DNA of 64,000 nt from assembly GCF_004010195.1 (NCBI RefSeq), contig NC_057760.1:2566709-2630708 (forward strand), given 5' to 3'. Of the stretch, positions 23,919 to 37,483 are shown one piece after another. Within the stretch, counting starts at the first letter, position 1, and each line of letters begins with the position of its first letter. The translations under genes were made by a program, and so were the position numbers. Origin of the DNA: Chiloscyllium plagiosum (taxonomy: Eukaryota). Under the pieces are notes generated by a model. The model was not told the DNA's origin and searched no databases. It was given only the letters and a program-made list of their open reading frames with translations.

Positions 23919-26276
23919 ATCGGGAGGTGTAGTGCAGTTAACAAAATTAAAACAAATATTGCAATGCTAAGTATGGTTTCTGATCTTAATAACATTAAAA
24001 CAATGCTAAATGAGCAGCATGCACTAAGTGGAGTGTGAGATGAAGTTTTGGCTCTGAGGCAGCAGTGGCCACTGTGGAGTTGTGCTTGAGTTACAACAGC
24101 TATGTTCCTGCTCTATCAGTACCCTCCTACCTTGTGATAAAAGCTTTAAGTTGTGAAAAAGTTTGGAAAGCCCATCAATGTTTGAGGAAATATTACTCCC
24201 TCTGTATCTTCAAATAGATTCGTAGATGGTCACTTATCACTACTGACATCCAACTCTGATCACTGAGACCACCTATACCAGGTTAACTTGAGGACTTCCT
24301 GACAGGCTCAGTTAACATTGTACTTAAGGAATGAGCATTACCTACCTCTTCATTTACATAGATTGTTCTGTACAGCCACTCGTACAAGCCAGTACCTGAT
24401 TCATGCAGATGTTCTGTACACAGTTGGTGAAGGAAAAAGGCCCAGGTCTGTGATATTTGTTGATTGGATATAACTGGATGTGTTTTTTTTAAAACAAGTC
24501 AGGTGATTGTTGTCAGCAGGCATGCAAGCTTTTCCTTGGAGTTTCTGTAGGAGACTCAAATCTCCTGTTTTGGAGGAAGAAAACATGGAAACTTTTTGCA
24601 CTTGTTTTGCTTCTGATCCAGCTAACAGTAAGCTATTTCTCTTTTATCTACTCAAAGATCTGAAGATAAAGCTGTTGATATGTCTAATTTTGAATAATGT
24701 ACTACATGATTCATGCAACTGCAGAATGTGACAGTGCAATTATTTGGTGGTGACCTTTTTAACTGAGCCACGTAATCGAATCCCAGTCCTTTTGGCCTCC
24801 CCAGATATTGTAATATTCCTTCTTTCAAATCTAAATGGTATTCATGGGCTCTGTTTGAGCAGTAACAAGGAATTCAAATCAACCACAGTTTATTCTGATT
24901 AAGCTTCAAGTTAATTTGTAATGATTTAAAACTACCGAATTAAAAACAATATTAATAGTTTTAATGAAATTTTCGTTCCAGAGAATAGTTGTCAGTGACA
25001 TAACCAGCACCTAGTAACATCCTGAATTTACCCTCCAGCACGCATGGTGACTCGACTTCTTGAATTGATGCAGCCTGCAGGGTGAAGGTGCTGCCACAGT
25101 TATCTTGGGAGTTTCAGACGCCCTGTTACAAACTTGAAGTTCTGAATTCAGTCACCTGACAACCTGGATAACAAGTAGTTTATATTTTTTAAAAATTACA
25201 AGCCTCCAAGTCTATCCCAGAAGACCACTCATTAGCACTGAATCACCCAGTGAATATGTCCTCACGTTTACCATTCCAGTCAACAAAAGAAAAATTTCTA
25301 ACTCATGTCAGTTAAAAGAACCCAAGGGTTGTCCAGACATCACACTGATATCTATAACATCTTATCACACCCTCAGTATCCCAAAGAATCTAGCAAATTG
25401 CAAAATGATATATTCAGCATGATGCTACCAGTTTTAAAGTTTCAGAATAACTTGTTAAAAATCGCTTAAGAGTCCCGGTGTGCTTCTGATGAATTCTTTG
25501 TTTTAGTTTTATGTAAGATAGAAATTCACACTGGGATAGTAACCTTTTGTTTTGAATGTAACTATTGAAATTCACCGCAAAATAGTGTGAATGTTTGCAA
25601 GGCAGATAGTGATTCTGTGTTGGGGTTTTCCATCTGTGGTTTCACCATGAATCAACTGAATAACTGAGAATTTGTTTTGCTTTTGCTGATGTGAATGTAG
25701 AACAATGAGTCTTCAAGTAAAAGCATGCTGATTACTTCTCAGATAACACAGATAAGTTCAGCATATTTCTTACAAATAAAATTGAATAACGTTTGAAAAT
25801 TTGACACCCACCCTCCTCCTGTATGTTCTCGACTACTTTCATGTATTCCCTCTCTCTCGTTTTGTCTTTTTCCTGTTTGCTCCAGACTATTTTGTGCACA
25901 TTTGCCCATCCTTTCTCATTTCAACAACTCACTGTGACAAATCTTGATGTTTTAACTTGCTGACTTATCCTTGAGCATCCTGGGCAAGGTTTGGTGACAA
26001 GGCAAACATGAGTTGCATGGAGATCTGAATTAAGCCTTTGCTGATCTCCGTCTCATGACTGCTAGTAAATAATTGTGCTTGAAGTTCAGCAGTCTATCAC
26101 ATTGGTTGGCGCCTTTCAAAGGAATGCTGCGATGAGGTGCTTTGTCTTTCGATGGACCAGTTATGTTGATGTGAGAGGAGATGGCTACTCATGAGTACTT
26201 GGATTGTCCTGTGTAGGTGTTGGCTGAGGACAGGATTGGACTTGTGATAGCTCCCACCACCACCACCTGAATTTGA

Positions 26277-26695
26277 TTCGATTTTATTGTAGTCACATCT
26301 ACCTAAGTAGAGTTAAGGTTTTTGCAAGCAGTACAGGCAGGTCATAGCATACAAGGACAGAAGATGATAGGGAGCTTAGAGTGAGGCATACAAGGTTACT
26401 GCTGCATCATAGGTGCACAAAGCAAGGTCAGCATTATTTGAAGATAGAGGTCCATTCAGCAGTCTAACAATAGCAGGGAAAAAACTGCTCTTGAACCTGT
26501 TGGTGCATGTGTTCAAGTTTATGTATTTTCTGTCTGATGGGAGAGGTTGGAAGAGAGCATGACTGGAGTTGGGGGGCTCTGATGTTGGCAGCCTTTCCGC
26601 AGCAACAAGAAGTCAATGGGTGGGAGGTTGGCTTCAGTGATGGTCTGGGCTGTGCACACAACTTTCTGTAGTTTCCTACAGTCCTAGGTCTCTGA
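26277..26695 (-). mobile_element. Rex1/Babar-like LINE 3' end
   Basis: Homologous to 10060-10460 (AAGCAAGGTCAGCATTA...CTGTTGGTGCATGTGTT). Confidence 0.6.
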
Positions 26696-27469
26696 CCCAT
26701 GCCTAACTTGTTGAATAGATGCAAGCAATGCTAATAATGGAACAATCATTGGGGAGGTGGTGAGGAGGGGGTGGATAAACTGGTGAAAGTAGAATTATGT
26801 TTTGTTTAATCAACTTTATATATGTGCTCAAGTATTTGTGTACAATCACCTATGGGAATCTTGTGATAGAATTGTATTTGGCCCAGAGTTTTACTTAAAA
26901 CCTGTGACTGTTACAGCTGTCAACTGTACAGCATTACAAATGTTGGTGATGGATTAGGAGTAGATTATAGTATGTTCAGTGGTACTGGCTTTAGCTGCAT
27001 TTTACAAAGTCCATGATGGAGCTTGCCCAGCTGTTAATCTTTATCTTTCTAACTTGGAAAAAAAAATAATTATTTCTAGGTGGAACTGTACTGATGGCTC
27101 TTGGAAGAAATTAATCAATTTCTTTAACTTAATTAAGCAGATTTTGCAGGTCTGGGACCTCCCAGCAAAAGTAAATTTAGTTGGATTTTTATTTTCCAGT
27201 TCTACTGCACGTTTATAGCTTTAAAATGCCTGTCATTCCAATTGTTCCTTCAATCACCAATTGAAGAGCTTGACACTAAATGATAAGCCAAGTTCAAAAT
27301 TGTTCTTTGTGTTAGGTATCTTTTGGCTAGCTTTGGATCTTAGCTTCACGTGTTCTTCAATGCAGGTAATTCATAAAATGCAATCCCCTCAGCAATTGTA
27401 AATGCTTTACAGCATCTTAAACATAGTTCCTGAAGTCCTGGCACTTTGGATTCTTAAGTGTTAGCTTAC

Positions 27470-27917
27470 AAGGGGTGTTGTCAGGGTTGGGGGATTTGAG
27501 CTATTGGGAAAGGCTTAATAGGCTGGGGCTGTTTTCCATGGAGCATCAGAGGCTGAGGGGGTGACCTTATCGAGGTTTATAAAATCATTGGGGACATGAA
27601 TAGGATAAATAGACAAGGTCTTTTCCCTGGGGTGGGGGAGTCCAGAACTAGAGAACATAGGTTTAGGGTGAGAGGGGAAAGATTTAAAAGAGACATAAGG
27701 GGCACCTTTTTCACACAGAGGGTGGTGCGTGTATGGAATGAGCTGCCAGAGCAATTGGTGGAGGCTGGTACAATTACAGCATTTCAAGGGCATGTGGATG
27801 GGTATATGAATAAAAGGGGTTTGGAGGCACATGGGCCAAGTGCTGGCAAATGGGGCTAAATTAGGTTAGGTTATCTAGTTGAAGGGTCTGTTTCCATGCT
27901 GTACATCTCTATGACTA
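27470..27917 (+). mobile_element. CR1 LINE 3' end
   Basis: LFPGVGESRTREHRFRVRGERF..FFTQRVVRVWNELP; tail CTGTACATCTCTATGACT. Confidence 0.9.
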
Positions 27918-29086
27918 AGTCCTTTTTGCCTGTCTGTAACAAGTAGTGTTTTCTTGAATAAATTTGTATGGACTTTCTGAATTTTTTTTTGTCTCACCAA
28001 ATTTTCTAATACAATGGATGCTCTTTATCAAGTTCTAATGTTGTCCTTCATAGAGAGTAGGGGATTACAGATATGTGCCCATTGTACTTCAAGGGGCATA
28101 TGCCTCTACTGTTGTAGTAATTGCTTGAGGCAAATCCTCCTCTTACTGTCACTCAATGACTTTACCATAATTGCATTGCATACGAGCCTTTAGTGTCGGT
28201 CTTGGGTTAGATTTTGAATCTGTGCCTATCTTCTATAAATTGTTTTATTATGGTTACATAATTGCAAACCTGCAGTTTTGCTATTTGAATGCAAAGAGCT
28301 GGATTTGGTAATGTTGACTTTGACTGCCAACTTGAGAACACCATGACTCCCAGAATCTGTTGTTTGGTCTAAGCTACCCTTGTGCCAATGTGGTTTATTA
28401 GTGCATGGCAGTCTTGATTGAATTAACTCCAGTTTCTCCCACTGTCATAATTTCATGCTAGTGTGTTATAGTTTGGAATATTTTGGCAAGCGCAACTTCA
28501 GTAGTTAAATAACATTTCCGTATTCTTTATTTCCATTCGATCTTTAATGTAAATTTTCTAAGTCAACATTAGACTTCACTGAAATAGCTTCCCAAAACCT
28601 TGTTGCAGAAGAGCAGAATTGTATGGTTAATTGATTTATTGGTTCTGAAATATTTAGCTTATCAGTGTTGGCCTTGTTAAAGCTATGGTTAGAGGGTGAA
28701 CTTTCTTTGTACTTCAGATAATCTGAGGAAACACCCAACAGGACAGATTGGGTGCTTTAAACTGTAAAGCACAGAGTACATGGGACATTTTGAGTTTATG
28801 GCATGAAGGATGAGCGATCAGTTTTTGTCTTTGAGTGCTGAGAGTAACTTGAAATGAAGAATTGTGATTAAGAACCTGATTAGCAAGAATTTTTCATGAA
28901 ATGACAACACTAAAACTGTCATAGTCATAATAGCACAGAAACGCACCCTTTTACCCCAACTCGTCCACGCCAACCAAACTTCCCAAACAAAACTAGCCCC
29001 ACTTTGTAATTTAATATAACCACTTTTACTGTCAATTAGTTTAACATCTGTAAACTTACTATCTATGCTTCCTAAATTCTTGATTC

Positions 29087-29206
29087 GGAGATGCCGGTGT
29101 TGGATTGGGGTGTACAAAGTTAAAAATCTCACAACACCAGGTTATAGTCCAACAGGTTTAATTGGAAGCACACTAGCTTTCGGAGCGACGCTCCTTCATC
29201 AGGTGA
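29087..29206 (-). mobile_element. ~120-bp TSD-flanked insertion containing an intact minimal hammerhead core
   Basis: TSD TTCCTAAATTCTT(G)ATTC at 29069-29086 and 29207-29223. Confidence 0.85.
29171..29205 (-). ncRNA. Minimal type I hammerhead ribozyme motif
   Basis: Minus strand CAC-CUGAUGA-A-GGAGC-GUC-GCUCC-GAAA-GCUA-GUG: full core, 5-bp stem II, palindromic AGCU helix III, 3-bp stem I. Confidence 0.75.
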
Positions 29207-30592
29207 TTCCTAAATTCTTATTCAAATTGTTTATATAAATGACAGACAACAGTGGACGCAGCACTGATCCCACAGAATGTTGCTTGTTGGAAGTCTTGCA
29301 GAATTGCCCCATGTCTTAATTATACTGCTCTTATTGTCTAAGTATCTTGTGATACCATTCAGGATATTTGGAGGGTGGAGAAATTTGACTGGGAATGTGA
29401 TTTGTGTTGTAGATTCCAGGATTTCAGTAAGGGATTCTTGAGCTGTGTGCAGCTAATGAAGTAAGTGAAATGTAATAAATACGTTAGCAACTTGGAGTTT
29501 TAAAAAAGTACTTAACCTACCCAACTACTTTCTTTTGCTTTGGAGATTGAGTCCTATAACACATGTAATTTGTAATGATGAATGAAGGCAAAGACTTCTA
29601 GTTTGTTGTCTGCACTAGCAAAGTCCATTTGGAATCTACTTTATTTGAATGAACTAATTCTATAACATGAAGGGGATGGAGTACTCGACAGCCTTGATTC
29701 CTGGAGTTGCTTTATTATTGGGAAGGTGAAGAAAGTCTGCAGACCTTTTTTTTTTAATAAAAAGGTTGTCAGTTCTCCAGAGTAACTGAAATACAATAGT
29801 ACCAGCTGTAAATAGCAAATTAGTGAGGACATTTGATGTCCAGACTGCTGATTGGAGGTTCAGGACTGCAGCATTTTAACCTCTGGTCAGGCTCTCTGTT
29901 GAATGTTCCAATTTTAGATTGCTTTGTTAAAGGCTTTAACAAAGTCTGAATAAGTGGCTCGTCCATTACCCCGCCTCAATTTTGCGTCCGCACTTCCCTA
30001 CATGTTCAACTTGTATAACTGCATTACTGACCGCCAAGAAGTATTCTGTACACTAAATCGAAGGTTGAAGATAAATACACCTTCTGCTTGCTTGCCACAT
30101 TTATTATTAGTCAGCTGAAAGTTGGTCGTGTTTTGACAACCAGTTATGTTTCCAGAACGTAGTATATCCATAATTTTATTTATTTATTCCACTTATTTAT
30201 ACAGGGTGAAAGCAGGTTGCATCATAACATTGCACAATTCTTCAAATCCTGACAGTGTGACTTTTCTCATGTATAAGGTAGACCTGCAGCAAGGTCTTGC
30301 ATTTTGTCTTCCATTCAAGAATATTGCTGACCAACAAAAGTTTTCAAGCTGATTCTTTCTTTTGCTGGCTTCTCATCAGGTCTTGCTCAAGCATCATTTT
30401 GTTTCAAACAATGCACCCCCCCCCCCCCCCCCCCCGCCCAGCTTCCCACGATGCAGAGGAAATCTTTCCCCTCATCCTGTTTCAAATTTTAGTTCTTTTT
30501 CTGAAGACCCTAATTTGCGATATAGTCTCTATCGATTGGCGGTTCGTCATTTATACGTGGATAATTTAGGTGAATATTGGCAGGATATTTAA

Positions 30593-32200
30593 ATAGGGTA
30601 GGGAACTTCAAAGCTAGAGGGCATAAGTTTAAGGTGAGAGAAAGATTTCAAATGGACCTGAGGGGCAACCTTCTCACACACAGGGTGATTAATATGTGAA
30701 ATGAACTGCCAGAGGAAATGGTAGAATCATAGTTGTACAGCATCGGAGCAAACTCCTCGGTCCATACAACTATGTTCCCAAACTAAACTAGTCCCATCTG
30801 CTGCATTTGGTCCATATCCCTCTAAACTTTACTATTCGTCAGCTCATCCAAATGTCTTTTAAATGTTCTGTGTGTACCTGCATCCACCACTTTCTCTGGC
30901 AGTTCATTCCACACATGAAACTCTCTGCTCCTCATTTTCCTTGTTAAATCTTTTTCCACTCACCTTAAATATGTGCCCCCTTGTTTTAAAACTACCAACC
31001 CTAGGGGAAAGATGCTCATCTATGCCCCTCATGATTTTATAAATCACTATAAGGTCCACCCCTCCACCACCTTTGCTCCAGTGAAAGAAAAATAACAATC
31101 TTGCGAGTCTGTTTTTATATCTCAAACCCTCCAGTCCTGGCAACATCCTGGTTAGTTGTTTCTGAGCCCTCTCCAGTTTAATAATATATTTGCTATAACA
31201 GGGCGACCAGAACTGCACACAATACCTCAGAAGAGACCTCACAATATCCCTCAACACGACATGCCAATTCTTATACTCAGTGGTCTAAGCTATGAAGGCA
31301 ACTGTGCCAAATGCCTTCTAAACCACCCTATCTACCTGTGAGGCAAATTTCAAACCTCTAGGTCTCTGTTGGACTGTACTACTCGGGGCCTTCCCCCAAA
31401 TTGTAGAATTAATCTGAGAGCCCATTGTTTGCATTACCAAAATGCAATATCTTGCATTTATCCAAATTGAACTCCGTGTGCTGCTACTCAGCCCATTTAC
31501 CCAATTCATCATGATCTCTTTGTAATCTTAGATAACCTTCTTCACTGTCTATTAAACCATCAATTTTGATATCAACTGCAAACTTATTGACCATGCCTCT
31601 TATATTCTCATCCAAATCATTTATATAAATGACAAACAAAGGCAGGCCCAATACTGATCCCCAAGGAGCACCACTAGTAACAGGCCTCCAGTCCGATAAA
31701 ACACTCTCCACCCTCGTCCTTTCTTTCCTACCATAAAGCCATTTTGTAACCAGTTGGTAAGCTTGACCTGAATCCCATGCAATTGAACTTTACTAATTAG
31801 TCTACCATGAGGAACCTTGCCAAAGGCTTTTACTAATATACAAATAAGCAATGTCTACCACTCTGCCCTCGTGAGTCGTTTGGTTACTTCATCAGAAAAA
31901 CTCAATCAAGTTTGTGAGACACTATTTTCCTTCCACAGAGCTAAGCTGATATTCCGAATTGATCCTTGCCTCTCCAAATGCATGTAAATCCTATCTTTGA
32001 GTCACCTCCAACAACTTATCCACCATCGATGTAGATGCAGGTACAGTTAAACATTTAAAAAGCATTAAGAAAGTTCTATGAATAGGCAAGTTTTAGCGGG
32101 ATATGGGCCAAATGCAGACAACCGGGGCTAGTTTAGTTTGGTAAATCTGGTTGGCTTAGATGAGTTGGGCTGAAGGGCTTGTTTCCATGCTATATGATGC
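30593..32200. mobile_element. Plus-strand CR1 3' end (30593-30725, 32031-32200) interrupted by a minus-strand CR1 (30726-32030)
   Basis: Minus ORFs KAFGKVPHGRL.., GSVLGLPLFVIYINDL..KFAVDIKI; GTAGA at both junctions. Confidence 0.85.
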
Positions 32201-32673
32201 CAATCCTTTCACCAGTGCCCACATATGCACCATCAAGCACAAATTCTCCAGCTATTGAAAAGCTATTGTAATTCCCAATGCCATGTTAGTTAAGATCAGA
32301 CAAGTTGTTCTAACGATTGACGACTATCGTGGTCTGTAGGGCCCAGTACCATACTGGGCAGACAGTGAGGCAGGAAATGTTTTTATAAAGCCAATTTGCA
32401 GATTTCTTTTTTAAACTTACAGCTAGACATCACTTTTTTTTTAAAAGAAAAAGTAATGAGAAAACAAACAGAAGAGCTTTCACTTATGCTGTGTCCCGAG
32501 TGCTTCGTAATGAGCTGATTACCTTTGAAAATCCTAGCCAGTAGCGTTTAGGTCATTGTGACAGTCAGTTGGACACTTCATCGCCATTTGGGTCATTTTA
32601 TTGTGATTTATAAGAGTCCTTCAGTTGATGTTTAACCCCTATTAGTATATATTGGTCATATCTAGCTTCTTAA

Positions 32674-32968
32674 GATTAGGTTCCCTACAGTGTGGAAACA
32701 GGCCCTTCAGCCCAACAAGTCCACACCAACCCTCCGAAGAGTCACCCATCCAGACCCATTTCCCTCAGACTAAAGCACCTAACACTATGGGCAATTTAGC
32801 ATGGCCAATTCGCCTGACCTGCACATCTTTGGACTGTGGGAGGAAACCGGAGCACCCGGAGGACACCCACGCAGACACTGCAAACTCCACACAGAGAGTC
32901 ACCCGAGGCCAGAATCGAACCTGGGACCCTGGTGCTGTGAGGCAACAGTGCTAGCCACCGTGTCGCCC
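32674..32968 (-). mobile_element. HE1-type SINE
   Basis: Reverse complement of head GGCGACACGGTGGCTAGCACTG and of the V-domain. Confidence 0.85.
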
Positions 32969-33539
32969 AAGATCTTGAGTAGGTGACTACACTGCTATAC
33001 TCAGTTGTGGTAGGCTTTTAAGGAAAGAAAGCAACTTGCAATCTTTGTTTTTATTACATTTATTTTGTATCTGCTGGAAATCTGAAACAAAAAACAAAGT
33101 GCTGGAGAAACTCTGGTCATTGGACTTAATGTTACCTCCGTTCTTGACACTACAGGTGCTACCAGATCTGCTGAGTTTCTCCCACCTTTGTGTTTGCATT
33201 TATAATGTACCTTCTGCAACTTCGAGAGAATCCAAAGCCACTGAATAAAATGTTGCAATCTAGGGGAACTTAATAGATTTCTCCCAAACATATGAGAGAA
33301 TGACAAAGATAATCAAATTTAGCGAGCTTCAGGAATATTAGTTTTGACACCAGAAGAACTCCTTGCTACCAGTAGAACTCCCATGACATTATTTAAAAGC
33401 TGAATTAAGAGGGTAGGTAAGGATGGTGAATGATCTGATGTAGAATACATTGTGGTTTCTGCCCAATGTATTGAAAAAGAGGATTTTCATTTTTGATGGG
33501 TAATGGATGACGTGTGTTGCTGGTCTGCTATTGTGAAGT

Positions 33540-33960
33540 TTTTCACTTTGGTAGGGAAAAAGCCAATGACAGACTATTATTTAAATGGTTATAGATGGGC
33601 AAATGCTAAATGTGCAAAGGGGCCTGGGTGTTCTTGTACGTCAGATGCTGCATGCAACTTTCCAGGTGCAGCAAGCAGTTAGCTTGTTGGCCTTCAATGC
33701 AACTATGTTTGAGTACAACTCAAATGATGTCTTGCTGCAGCTGTGGAGGGCTTTGGTGAAACCATTGTTGGAGTACTGTGCAGGCTTATTCTGCTTACCT
33801 AATAAAAGACACAATTATCATGGAGTGCAGTGATGGTTCAGCAGACTGATTCCTGGGATGGCAAGTTTGTCTGAAGAGAGGTTAGGTTAACTGGGCCTCT
33901 ATTCACTGTTAAACGATGGGGAGAGAGGATAGTGTTCAAAATTACAAAATTCTGACAGGA
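33540..33960 (+). mobile_element. Old CR1 fragment
   Basis: VQRGLGVLV..DVLLQLWRALVKPLLEYC. Confidence 0.75.
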
Positions 33961-35129
33961 AAATTATTCAAGAGGCTGAAGTGTAATTCCTTTTCACTTT
34001 GCATCCCTCCAAGGCATTGATATATTTAATTCAGAGCTGCTTAAACATTTTCCCACTGGGACACCATGTAGAGCCTTGAAAATTGTTCTTTCTGTCAGAA
34101 TTTGGTGGGGCTGGGTGATCTTTGAGTCAGAAGAGTGGTAGAGCTATGTGGTGACCATTGTGACCTGTGAACTCTCAACCCCTCAAACCTTGCATTTATT
34201 GATATTTGCGACAGCTTTTTAGGCATTTCTTTATAACCTTTTATATGATCCTAAATACTATTGTCAGCCATGGCTGACTGACTTTTTCTTTGAGTTTTGC
34301 ATGTTGAACGAATAGGACATTGTCTGTGGACAGTTGTGCCTTTTAATGTATTTCCCCAATCTATGTCAACCAATTTGAGCCTCATGCCTTCATAATTTCC
34401 TTATTCAAATTTCACACCCATGCTCTAGATTGAACTGTCTCACTTTCAGACGTTAATGTAAACTTCTATCATATTGTGGTCACTCATTCCTAAAGGTTCT
34501 TTTAAAAACAAGATTACTGTCAAGTTGTTTTTCATTAGGTATGTAAAAAAGACAACTATTTGGCTAAAATGTGTCTGAGTCTGTTATAGACAGAGTCAGC
34601 AAAATTATAAAGGAAATGGGGAAATGGCAGAGACGTTAAATGATTTAATTTTCTGTTTCCACTGAGGAAGATACAAGTAATCTCCCCAAACTAGAGGTGT
34701 AAGTGACTTGGGAAAATGAGGTGGTTGAGGGAAATTTGTTTGAGTGAGAAGATTGTACTAGAGAAATTAATGGAGTTGAAAGGTGATTAAATCCTCAAAC
34801 CTGATATTCTGCACCCCAAATGTTGAAAGAGTTGTATACTGAGATAGTTGATGCATTGATGATTATCTTCCAAAATTCTATTGATTCTGGAATGATTTTG
34901 AAAGGTAGCAGTGTTACCCTAAAAAAAAAGCTCAAAGGTGTTATATAATATAACTATGATCTGTTAGTCAGCAAATAGGGAATCATGTTTGAAGATGTTA
35001 GTTACATCTTCAAAAGCCTCCCAACAAAGTTGATAAAGGGGAGCCAACGGACGTTGTATATTTAGATTTTCAAAAGGCTTTCGATAAATCATTTCATGAG
35101 ATAAGTTAGAAAGATTAAAGCACCTAGGA

Positions 35130-35908
35130 GGCAGAGACCGCAATTTCCCTTCCCACGTGGTTAAAAATGCCCTCCAACGCATCTCGTCCACATCCCGCAC
35201 CTCCGCCCTGAGACCCCACCCCTCCAACCATAACAAGGACTGAAACCCCCTGGTGCTCACCTCCAAACAGACCCCACCACCAGGGATATATTTCCCTCCC
35301 CACCCCTTTCCGCCTTCCGCAAAGACTGTTCCCTCCATGACTACCTGGTCAGGTCCACGGCCCCCCAACAACCCACCCTCCCATCCTGGCACCTTCCTCT
35401 ATCACCGCAGGAATTGCAAAACCTGTGCCCACACCACCTCCCTCACCTTCATCCAAGGCCCTAAAGGAGCCTTCTACATCCACCAATATCATTTATTGTA
35501 TCCGTCGCTCCCGATGCGGTCTCCTCTACATTGGGGAGACCGGACGCCTCCTTGCAGATGGCTTTAGGGAACATCTCTGGGACACCCACGCCAATCAATC
35601 ACACCGCCCTGTGGCCCAACATTTCAACTTCCCCTCCCACTCTGCCGAGGCCATGGAGGTCCTGGGCCTCCTTCTTCATCCTCAACCCCACTCACCTACT
35701 GTAATCTATGCTACTTTCTCCCCAGCCCCAACCTCCTCTCATTTATCTCTCCACCCTTCAGGCATTCTGCCTGTATTCCTGATGAAGGGCTTTTGCCCGA
35801 AACGTCGATTTTCCTGCTCCTCGGATGCTGCCTGAACTGCTATGCTTTTGCAGCACCACTCTAATCCAGAATCTGGTTTCCAGCATCTGCAGTCATTGTT
35901 TTTACTTA
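35130..35908 (+). mobile_element. Penelope-like element 3' part: GIY-YIG endonuclease remnant plus terminal repeat with hammerhead
   Basis: NIIYCIRRSRCGLLYIGETGRLLADGFREHL..PVAQHFN (GIY-YIG); hammerhead core at 35779-35806. Confidence 0.88.
35775..35810 (+). ncRNA. Minimal hammerhead ribozyme motif (Penelope terminal repeat)
   Basis: CUGAUGA-A-GGGC-UUUU-GCCC-GAAA-CGUC; ACGU palindrome; weak stem I (AUUC/GAUU). Confidence 0.7.
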
Positions 35909-35909
35909 G

Positions 35910-37272
35910 TGTGGAAGATCAGCAGGATCTTGGGGTACATGTATAGAAAATCCTCAAGGTTGCCACACAAGTTGGTAGGGTTGTTAAGGTGGTGTATGGT
36001 GTTTTGGCTTTCATTAACAGAGGGATTGAGTTTAAGAGATGTGAAGTTTTGCTGCAACTCTATGAAACCCTAGTTAGACCACACTTGGAATATTATGTTC
36101 AGTTCTGGTCATCTAATATTAGGAAAGAGGCAGATGCTATAAAGAGGGTACAGAAGGGTACCAGGATGCTACCTGAATTGGAGGGTTGTCTTTTGAAGGG
36201 TTGAGTGAGCACGGGCTTTTCATACTGAAGAGAAGGAAGGAAGAGAGGTGATTTGCTAGAGTTGTACAAGGTAATGAGAGGCATAGCTAGAGTAGATAGC
36301 CAGAGACTTTGCCCCAAGGCAGAAGTGGCTGTCACAAGGGGGCATAATTGTAAGGTGATTGGAGGAAGGTTTGCTGGAGGTATCAGAGGTAGGTTCCTTA
36401 TGCAGAGTGTGGTGGGTGCGAGGAATGCACTGCCAGCGATGGTAGTAGAGTCAGAGACATGTAAGCAACTGCGCGACAAGCACATGGATGGGAGTAAATG
36501 GAGGTGTGTGTAGGTTGGGTTGATCTTGGATTAAGAGAAAAGTTCAGCACAACATCATGGGCCAAAGGGCCTGGCCTGTGCTGTACTGTTCTATGTTCGA
36601 AATGGTAAGAGGTTGGAAAGTGAAAGCATACAAAGGGACCAATGTATCCTCCTCAATAAGTCACTGAAGGCTAACATGCAGGTTCTGCAAACTATTCGGA
36701 AGCCTGATGGAATGTTAGCCTTTATTGCAAGAAGATTTGAGTGCAGGAGTAATCAAGTCTTGCTTCAGTTGTATAAGAGCTTGGTTTGACCACATCAGGA
36801 ATATTGTGTAGTTTTGGACCACTTCACTCAGGAATGATGTTATGGCATAGTTGGAGCATATCAAATGTTCACCAGACTTAACACTGAGATAGCAGGACAG
36901 TCCTGTGAAGGGAAGTTCGGTACATTGAGACTATATCTCTAAAGTTTTGAAGCATGAGAGGTGATCTTGTTGAAACACTTTTATACAAGGTAGATACAGG
37001 TAGGATGTTTACCATAATTGGAGAGTATAGAACACAATGTACAATGTAAACATTTAAGGGAAATAACTCAGACTCTAGATTAATTTTTGTTTTTACTCAG
37101 GGTTGTGAACCAAAGGGCTGTGGAAGCTCAGTCTTAAGGGAGCAAATGATAGATTTCTGGTTACCAGTGATCTAGGGTTATGGGGGTGGGCTGGTTAAAT
37201 GGCACTGAAATGTTTGATCAGCCATGATTTTATTGAGTCTAGATGGGCTGAATGGCTAATCCCATTCCTATG
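35910..37272 (+). mobile_element. Two consecutive CR1 3' fragments (35910-36598 younger, 36600-37272 older)
   Basis: LAFINRGIEFK..LLQLYETLVRPHLEYYVQFWS; CR1 tails. Confidence 0.85.
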
Positions 37273-37483
37273 TGAATTTGCATAGAAATCATCTTGAATC
37301 ATGAAATGAGATATTGTTTCCAGGAAAAAAATTCATTAGGTGAGAAATGGGAGCCTGAAGAAAAAGCTGGCATGTCCTGGTATTTGTCACCTGACCTAGA
37401 ATTGCTTGATATTAATGATGGGGGGAAACCCAGAGGGAAGCTGATTCCTAATTAGTGCTGACTTTGTTTCTCTTCTTTTACAG

